A stretch of 63,577 nucleotides of DNA from Paraspadella gotoi. Its lineage: Eukaryota; Animalia; Chaetognatha. Positions 50,671 through 63,577 of the stretch are shown piece after piece (the stretch's first letter is position 1; each line of letters opens with the position of its first letter). The position numbers and the translations under genes were made by a program. The notes beneath the pieces were generated by a model that had not been told where the DNA came from, searched no databases, and saw nothing but the letters and a program-made list of their open reading frames with translations. The stretch spans positions 7,500,028 to 7,563,604 of the forward strand of contig CM119266.1 of the NCBI GenBank assembly GCA_051294375.1, read 5' to 3'.

Positions 50671-53600
50671 ATATAAATTGCGTTCTGTTCTTCTCTTTTC
50701 CAATCTTTTGTTACACTACTCTCTCTCTCTTCTTCTCTCTCTCTCTCTCTCTCCTCTCTCATCTCTACTCTCTCTCATCTCTCTCTCTCTCTCCCTCTCT
50801 CTCTCGCACTCTCTTTATGCACTATATAAAAACTTAAACTTAAAACTTTAATCAAGCCAAGACCTCACTAGGTTTGGCACGAAGTATTTTTCGATGAACA
50901 ACAAACGAAAAAATATTTTCAAGGGACAATATTTCTTCTCAGCGAAAAGAAAATAACAATTTTGGCTGCAAGAACAGATAACAAACACAAATTGGAACGA
51001 AAAGTTAACAACAGCAGCTCCTTCTTCAATAAAAAGCATAAAAAAGTCTCCCTCCAAAATATAGTTGCAGCTGTGCAAACAACATCAAACAAACACAAGC
51101 GGCAAAGGAACAATACTGCCAACACGAAACACTACCGCCAGCACAGAATTGGACAACGCATCTTTCACTACCAGACGCTGAAACCGTGGGAGCAGCCCGC
51201 GGCGCGGTGGGCAGCAGCGTCGACGACTTGTGTCCCGCTGGAGAGAAATCAGAGTCACGACGCGAACAGATACAAATGCGAAGACGAATGAAGGGGAAAG
51301 CAGGGAAATGGCGTAAAAGAATTTGGGTGGCCTGTAACGGAATCTCGGAAGTGGCGTAAAGAATGGGGTCGTGCGTATAAGGTCAAGGCCCTGTGAGACG
51401 ACGTCGACCCGTCAGAATCCGCAAAAGTCGGACAAGTTCAACTTCGCCGTCGAGGCAGGAAGATTCCCTCGGCGGCGCCACTGGATGAGCCGCCCCCGAT
51501 AAATACGGGCGCCAAGGATTCGTCCAAAACGTCGACGCGCACAGGACGAGTGAAAAGATCCAAGAGCGTTGCGGTAGTGGCCGCCGCCCGCCACCGCCCG
51601 TCGCCCGCCAGCCCATCGGCGCCAAATCGAAAAGTTCAGCGTTCTTGCCGGACTTGCCCGACCGTTTAGACCTAACGGCCACTGGAGAGGTTAAATATCA
51701 CGAAGATTAAGGTACTGGTCCAGTTACTAGATAATCAAGTATAATATAATCATACTTAATAATAATAATAATTAGAATACACTATTTATTTTAATAATAA
51801 TTATATTATAGTAAATTTGTAGATGGGAGGAAAACTCTTCTTTCTCTTCTCTTGCTTTTTCTTAATTCCTTGAAAATTTTTCCTTTTTTTTGCCAAACGA
51901 GCCTCATTTCACTCTCTCTCTCTCATCTTCTCTCTCTCTCTCTCGTCTCTCTGCACTCTCTTCTCCTTCCATCACTATCAACACCGATCTCTCGCCGCAT
52001 GTCCCCGCCTTCTTGGACATCCATATCTTTGCATATTCTGGCTTGTTTCTCTAATTCCTTGAAACTATTGGGATTTTTCACCAAAAGCCTATTTCTCTTC
52101 TCTCTCTCTCTCTCTCTCTCCTTCCATCACAATCCAACGCCATCTCTCGCCATTCCTGGTTCTTTTGAACATCCAATCTTTCAGTTTCCTGGGCTTTTCT
52201 TTTCATGACCCAATCAGAAGACGAGATTAGCATCGGTCAACCGTGGTCTTCAATCTTCAAACTTCCCTTTCTCTTTTCGGACATCGTACCTCTCATCTCG
52301 CTCCTCTTCTCTCTCTCTCTCTCAGTGCTCTCCTTTAGTTCCCTAAGTGTTCGTGATTTAATTATCACATCACCTCTTGTCCTCTCGTTATCATTATATA
52401 AAGAGAATTTAAGACTAAAATTAACTTTCTTAAAAAAACGTCGTTTACAGCCAAGACATAACGGCGCTACCGTTTTCTTTTAACGCCTTGCTTAACGTTT
52501 TCACGGTTTATTCCACCACGCACACCATTAACATTTTCACCACACGCCACCATAACTATACTCATTTCACCACTGCCACTGAAGATATGCGAATAGAATT
52601 CAAGAAAACTAAGATTACAGCAAAAAACGGGGAAACAAAGTAAAAAGCCTAACTCGCGGCATCGATCTCATGAGCTAGGCACGATTCACCGGAAGACGGA
52701 TCACTCAATGATCGATTCGATCCCTTCCGATCTGGGACCTTCGGAGGCTCAGGCCTCCACAACCCGGAGTCCAGAGGTACCTTACCCTTCAACCGCCACC
52801 TCACTCTCCAGCTGTAACGACGAGGGAAAGTATCGTCGTATCCGAAGAAGGAGGTACTCGGATCCAATTTTCTTTGATCCATTATCCATTCCTGATTTCG
52901 TCGGCTAATCCAAAGAACCTCACTCCCGATGTGTGGATCTGCTCGTTGTTTTTTTGTGTTTTATTTTGTGTGTGATCCCCGTCAGCTTGCTTTTCTAGAA
53001 GAGTTCATTCTACTAAAGCTTGCTTTTTTTAACTGTTGTCTCTTGGTTGCTTTTTCTTACTTACTCCCTCATCGATATAATGGCTTTATATGCCCGATAA
53101 ACAATCGTAAGAGGCAAGCTTCGTCGTTAAAACTTGAAATTTACATTTACTCAATATTGAAACGTTATTTAAAATGGGGAAAAAAAAATTAACCGCGCTT
53201 TTTTAGGTCAGGCGCGTTCTTTAAAGGGGAGTCGCTACGGTTCCATGGGTTTCATACGCTTGTCTCTAACTTTCTTCTTTGCTCCTTGGACTGTGATTGA
53301 GCTCCGGATTCAAATTGGTTGGAGAGGCCGAAGCCACTGGTATGCTTGGTTAAGGTAAGAGAGGAGATTAGAAGATAAGCGATTATTGATAAGTCAGTTT
53401 AATGGACTAAATGGTTTATTAAAAACAAAGTTGAAGTAAATCTGTAAATTTTTCCTAGTTACGTACACTAAAGAGTCAAATTTCTGAATTTAATTCCCTT
53501 TAACAACTAAATAAAATAATATTGAGATTTAAACATTTTGCCCCCCCCCTCAAAATATCCTCTTAATATCTTTTATAGTCTTTCGTTATAATTTCCATCT

Positions 53601-55806
53601 CGCAATCTCATTTATGTATAAATACTAAAGACAATTAATGGATGTCTCCATCATCTTCGATCATCATCTACCCTCATAATCCACGCACCCCAATCCCTTC
53701 ACCCCTATCACCCCTCACCCACCCCGACTAACTTCGCCCCTATCACCCCAGGGACAGGAGGCGACCCCTGCCTACAGCAACCCCATCTTGCGTCTACACT
53801 GATCCGGTCGGTCGCCGGTCGCGCACCGTCGCCGTCCCAATCATGTCCACGTCGACGTCCATCGTATGGCATGGCGATGACGGACCGGTCGGTCTCATTC
53901 CAGGTCGAGACGCGATTTCCGATCATCATGGATGCAGAATGTGGGGACGTCGGTCTCCAATACGTTGGTCTCGTTGGGTAAATAGACGTTCGAGCTGTTG
54001 CTGCGTTGATCGTTTGTTGTTCTTCGAAGCTGTGTCCGCTGCTGATTTTATTGACGACGTTGGCTGTTCGCCTTTGTAATTTTGAGTTTGAATAGTTTGT
54101 TTTGAATTCGTTGTATGTAGATATCCTCATTAAATGTTCTACTTTTTTCCGTACGATAGTATTTGTTTGGGGTCTAACTTACTTCTTTGCTAACTTTTTT
54201 TTTTTTTGTCCCCGAGATTTATTTAAAACTTAGCGACTTTTTAAAATTTTCGTATAACCAATAAATAAATAGTTCCTGTGCTTCGGACCCCTGCTACCGG
54301 CAGGTTTTAAGGGCTCCGTTTCCGCTGAATGCTTAGAGGGCGCCACCGGAGCTAAAGAAACCCAGAATTTTTGGGTTGGTAGCCAATTAACCCCTCCCCC
54401 ACCAAACACAAAAATTGACCCCGGGGGCGGGGAACCCCCCCCAGGGCGGGGGCCCCGGTTTTTAAAAAACCTGGGTTGGTGGTTTCCCATTCTTTGGGAA
54501 AAAAAGCTTGGTTAAATTTTTTGGTAGCGGTTTTTATTATTCTTACCCTCTTTTATGGACATATTTTCTTAAACATTAGAACACTTGTAGGTACAACATT
54601 TCATTATTCTGGGAAATTCTCTACCAATTTTTTCGAGGATCTAACATCTTCCATTTAGAGTAACTCTTCAACCTCCCCCCCCCCTGCCTTCATTCCTTCA
54701 GCAAAGTGGGCGACCGCATTCAATTCTGACGAGCGTGCCATCGCGGGACCACCGTCCACGACATGTTCAACTGGCTTGAGCGGTCTTCCATCTTTTGCCG
54801 CTGCGAACTTGCGGATTGTATCTCTTCTTATCGCGGAGTCGATGACGAAAGGGTGGCGACCAATGCGACCGGAGGGGCGAAGGTTAGGTTAAGGTTTAGG
54901 GTAAAGGACTTTGGGGAGCGACCGAAGGTGAGGTTCAAGGTTAATGGTAAAGGCTGAAGGGCGAAGGTAAGGTTAAGGTTAAAGGACTGGAGGGGAAGAA
55001 GGTAAGGTTAGTAATGGGACTGGGGGGCGAATTGGTAAGGTTGAAGGTTAAGTAAAGGGACGGAGGGCCGAGCGTAAGTAAGGTTAAGGTTAAGGTTAAG
55101 GATGGAGGGCGAAGTAGAGTTAAGGTTATGGTAAAGGACGGAGGGCGAAGGTAGGTTAAGGTAAATGGGACTTGAAGAGGGGTGAGAAGGTCAAGTTAAG
55201 TAATGAGACTGGCAGGGGCGAAGGTAAGCGTTTAAGGTTAAGGTAAAGGGACTGAGGGCGAAGGTAGGCTTTAGACAGGGTAGGTTGGTTAGGTAGAAAT
55301 GGCCTAAATCAAACGTTTGTAAAACATACGTAATTACAAATGTTACTAAAAAATAAAGCTCCTGTTAATTACCCGGAAATTACTTTAAGATAACCTCTAA
55401 TGGCGATATGAAAAATAGATGATGAGTAAGGTTCGAGATTAAAGAATAGGGTAATTACGTAAAATTAAATTCCTGCGAATATTAATCATTTTTATACTAA
55501 TCGCAGATTTTTGTTGTATTGGCGAAATCAGTTTTAAATTTTTTTCTGTTTTCACTTCCAAATCAACAGATCGAACTCCTGACAGTTTTTAACCTGATCC
55601 CACTAACTGACCTCGTGGTTCAAGTGACAGCGACGCCATCCAAAAAGCCGCAACTAAAAAGTTCATCTTTGGGACCGGAAATTTACCAAGGAACGCGTCG
55701 ATGTAAGTTTGTTATTTTTACTTGTACTTGTTTGCTTTGTATATTATATATCTTGTTTTTGTATCGAAGTAGTCACTTTCATTAGTGCCATTCTCTTCTC
55801 TTTTTT
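50670..55806 (+). repeat. Second inverted noisy copy of the SLC34 5' half; direct repeat of 44924-50053
   Basis: About 54040-55806 appears identical to about 48290-50053, including apparent errors (same ORF translations at 48477/54230, 48723/54476, 49010/54763, 49766/55519) and the same end before a 25-N gap. Confidence 0.9.
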
Positions 55807-57616
55807 NNNNNNNNNNNNNNNNNNNNNNNNNAATTCGAAGCTTAACTTCTGATGAAAGCGAAAGTTTTAAAACAAAGATTAAAAACGAATGAGATTTCTT
55901 GACAAACAATATCTACTAGGTATTTTCAATAGCTAGTATTTTGTTTCAGACATTAACAAAAAGTCAAGTCTCACTTTTAGACTTCGCTCTAACCCAAATA
56001 GCTAAAAGAATAGCTGAAAATCTAATTTTCAAATATAAAACAATATTTCGTGGTTTGTTCATTATTCCAACTGATTCTCGTTTTAATCTAACCACAACTC
56101 AAGGGCAAAGTGAGTGTGAGAGAAGTGATGAGGAAGGAGAGATGAGAGAGACGAGAGGAGATATGATGAGGAAGAGAGAGATGAGGTACGAGTATGAGAA
56201 GAGGATGAGAGGATCTGAGACGTCGATTCTCCCTTCGCCGAGCCATTTGATTTTTTCGGCAAGATCGCTGAGAGAGAGAGAGAGAGAGAGAGAGAACGCA
56301 TAATGTTTTTATTATTCCCCGGATCGAATTTGACAAATTTAAGTTTAAAGAGTCTCATTATTTATTTATTGATTACTTTTAGAAGGAGACGCAGCTAAAA
56401 ATTTAGATTTAAAAAATAAAGAGAAAATCGATAAGCTATGTTTTAATATTCACACCCCTTCATATATGTCAGCTAAATACACTTATCAACTATCTTTAAC
56501 TAGTTTTATACCTTACTATTTTACTGTCTAATCATTTATAAACAAATAAAAAACCATTGAAATTATATTTAGATATGATTTATTGTACTGAGAAAAGATA
56601 AGTGGATTGACATACCTACTAAACCAACGATGCGTTTAGTAGTAAGCCCTTAGCCTTTTTTACACAAAACATTTCATAATTATATCGTACTTGACCATTT
56701 TAGATGATGAAAAATAATTTCAATAACGTTTATAATGGAGATTAATCTAATACGAATCAAAAACAATAAAAATGAAAGCGAAAATGAAATTATTTTAAAT
56801 TTTGTAAAAAGTATTATTTTACAAATTCACGAAAGTAAAAGAATCTTCATTGCTGATTATTGATTATTAATAAACATTGTTCTATTCGGTGAAAATCTCA
56901 CAATTGATTGCTAAACAATCATTTTCAATATATACTTTAAGAAAATATAAAAGGGCTATCAAACTCTACTTTTTAAACTGTCAGAAAATTTAATATATCA
57001 AAGTTTGGGCAACAAGCTAAACTAAAACATGTATAAATTACAAATTCGCGCACGTAAATCATATAAGTAAAATCCCAAAAAAAACCTATAAAAACTTAGT
57101 AAAAACCCTGCTGCATTGAATAATACTGTAACAAAAAATGTTGATACTATGTAACTTTGTCAAACGGGATATTCACTGCTCAATATTTCACAATAAAAAA
57201 AAGATATAAACTCTGCGATTGTCTATTTCAATCATAATTTTTTGAAAGTATCCGGGTTTCGTTTTTACAGTGTAAACTTGAAAACATTACGAGTTTATCA
57301 CAAGTTAGTTTGTCTTTTTCTTTACATAAATATACAGAACTTTACATTTAGAAATCTCCAAAAAAAATTTAGAATTTAGTGATTGAGCCCGGACACTTAA
57401 ACTGGGGAGGTCGGATCGGCATAATTCACAAAAATCACACGAACACTCAAAAACTTAAAACGGGAAGTAAGTTTTCTCTTTCATATTTTTCTTTGATCTT
57501 TTTTTTTAATCTGGGAAGAAAAAGGTGAGGAAGAAATGACCAACTTAAAATTACTATGAACATAAAAGAAAACTTCATGGGGTCTGAATTCTATAAAGAG
57601 TGAGAGAGAGAGAGAC

Positions 57617-57681
<65 letters not shown>

Positions 57682-59044
57682 CCAAAAAGAAATAAGAATA
57701 AAACCCAAATTTATTGTGTGCAGAGATGATAAAGCAATAATTACTGTACTATCGATTGTCCTTTTGTTTTGTCAATGGAAATCCGAGTTTCAGCTCACAG
57801 CGACTTACAGCATCTTTTAGTGACCTACTGCATTTTACGGCATCCTCTAACGACTCACAGTAATTAACTCCGCCATCGCGAGAACCATTTAAATATATAA
57901 TTGTATAATCAAAGATTGTATTGTTTTAATTTTTTTTTTTAAGTTGAAAGCCTCCGGCCATTGGCCTTCGAACCACCAAGAATACCGCCTCCCTGATCCA
58001 CGATGCATCATAGTTATTTTTTCATGAGCGATGTAACTCTGTATATATATAAATAGGAAAAGTTTTAAAATAAAATAAAATATATATAAAATCGATGTAA
58101 ATTAACGGTAGATAATCAAACTAGGTCATCAAAAAAAAAGAATCCAAAATTCGAAGCCTGAAAACTTTTTTTCTTTTCTTTTTTCTTTTCTTGTAATTGT
58201 TTTTGTTGTTGTTATTCTGTACAGCGCCTTCTTTCGTCTGAAAGACTCGATGTTTATGGATTCATTCCGACAGAGGGCAGATGGAGATTAACTCCTTCTG
58301 TTCATTTGTTTTTCTTTTATTTGGATCACTTAACAGTCGACGTGTTTAACGCCAGAGGGGGGGACAGGGAAATATGGGAAGAAGGGAGAGCGAGAGAGAG
58401 AAGAAATATTTTGAGGAACTGAAAACAAAAGACGACAGCGAATCACGATAGGTAAGAGTATTTTTGTTGTTGTTGTTGTTTGTTGTTCCATTCGTAAATA
58501 TGAGGTTTTTTATTTTCTAAAAAAAACTACGAGCGGCGAATTTCGAATTTCACTACGAAAAAGAAGCCACTTTTGAGGTCGCGTGTGTGAAAGAAATAAA
58601 GTCAAGGGGTTTTTATTGGTGGAAAGATTGTGAGTTGTCGAGGGAGGGGTTTGAGTGTGATTGCCCTGTGATATGATAAAAAGGGTTTGTGATAGAATGA
58701 TGGGGTTGAGGATAATCCTGTTTAAATATAAAAATAGTTTTCTCTCTATGAATTTTTTTCTTTTTGGTTCGTAGTTCTTTCAATTTTTTTTAAATACTTT
58801 CAGTTTTTCGAGCTTCGAATTTTTGAAATTTCTTTTTTTTCTCTTCATAAATCCGAGGGAAAAAATATATTGAAGAGGTGGGACATTATTCACAACCGTA
58901 ATTGGGATTTTTATCAACGTATCACTGTATCAATGTATCAACATCGCAGGAAACTAAACGTAAAAATCCAGTTTATGAATTTTATTTGTATCATGTTGGC
59001 TCGATCTTTGTTAACGCGGGGTCTCGATCGGCCGACCTTCTGGA

Positions 59045-62642
<3,598 letters not shown>

Positions 62643-62874
62643 CGTTCAGTGATTGAACGGTCCCGTCATCAATTGTCGATGTCGAGGAAGATGAGGAGGA
62701 GGGGTAGGAGGAAGAGGAAGAGGAAGAGGGGGAGGAGGAGCGGTTTTGAGGATCGCAATTGGTTGGAAATTCGCGCGTAGATTTGATTTGGTCGCGACGC
62801 GCGTCTGCGGCGGCGGAGGAGACAAAGTCACCACAAAAAAAAACGCTCATTATGTCGCGTACGAAAACAAAATA

Positions 62875-63577
62875 GCAAGAAGCTGTTTTTGATTAAATGG
62901 ACAAGTAAGCTTAAAGTTTATGGTTAAATGGATAGCGTAAGCGAAAAGCAATTAATTAAGTGGACAAAAGTAAGCGGGAAGCATTTAATTAAGTGGACAA
63001 AGTAAGAAGAGAGAGATTTCAATCTAATTGATGTTTAAATTAAGCGCAACTCCCAGCTTACTGTGCCCATTTAATCTAAAACTTCCCCGCTACTTCGTCT
63101 TTAATCTAAGCTTTCGGACTACTTGAGTCCATGTTGAACGAAAGCTTCCCGCTTACTTTGTCCAATCAATCAAAAATCTTCCCCTTACTTTGTCCATTTA
63201 ATCAAAAATACTTCTCGCTTACTTTGTTCACATCAATCAAAAATCGTCCCACTTACTTTTTCCAATCAATCAAAGAGATTCCCGCTTACTTTGTCCATCA
63301 ATCAAAAGCTTCTCATTTACTATGTCCATCTCTAACATCAAGAAGCTTTCATCGCTCGACTTGTCCAGATAAAGTCAAAAGCTTCCCCTTATCTTGTCGC
63401 ATTTAAAAATATAACTTTCCGCATCTCTTATGTCAAATCTAACCAACAAAGCTTCCCGCTTACCTTTGTCCATTTTAACATACTAACGTAAAGCTTTACT
63501 GCGTTTTATTAATCAACAAGAACTTCCCGCTTCCTTTCTGTAACGGCAGCTAATTAACACATGCTCCCGCTTACTCA
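62875..63577. repeat. Minisatellite of roughly 30-40 bp units (AAGCTTCCCGCTTACTTTGTCCATTTAATC-like), with a block of units in inverted orientation at about 62875-63010
   Basis: Repeated cttcccgcttactttgtcca from about 63050 to the window end; the rc form tggacaaaagtaagcgggaagc occurs at about 62960. Confidence 0.8.

Noticed and set aside
44924-55806. SLC34 pseudogene or paralogue calls from the many short ORFs
   Set aside because: Indel-dominated noise, shared errors, adapter-like ends and 25-N gaps point to unpolished read sequence.
62646-62648. In-frame TGA upstream of the C1q ATG as selenocysteine or readthrough
   Set aside because: Low-complexity context, no SECIS identified, and an ATG follows two codons later.
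62875-63577. CRISPR-like array
   Set aside because: Units are degenerate and contiguous with no unique spacers; eukaryotic context and no cas genes.

Overview
AT-rich, intron-containing animal (probably invertebrate) genomic scaffold, dense in microsatellites and N gaps. Supported genes: the 3' end of a Q/H/P-rich protein (1-930, +); two tandem FAXC/metaxin-like GST-fold genes (27652-~30050 and 31017-33064, +); an 8-exon CYP2-clan cytochrome P450 (33448-37750, +) with an antisense intronic tRNA-Asp(GTC) and an apparent 1-nt frameshift; a 9-exon SLC34 (NaPi-II) phosphate cotransporter (-) with a candidate alternative first exon; and a 5-exon C1q-domain gene (-) with a hydrophobic anchor, a Pro/Ser/Thr stalk and an RERR furin-type site. 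A substantial part of the window is indel-ridden direct or inverted copies of neighbouring sequence beside exact 25-N gaps, some ending in SMRTbell-adapter-like bases. These are most likely long-read gap-filling artefacts. They are still useful because they expose empty sites for two or three insertion-polymorphic MITE-like elements and a collapsed splice-donor tandem array. Two tRNA-derived SINE families are present. I see no convincing new biological system; the C1q architecture, the polymorphic elements and the SLC34 alternative N-terminus are the best leads.
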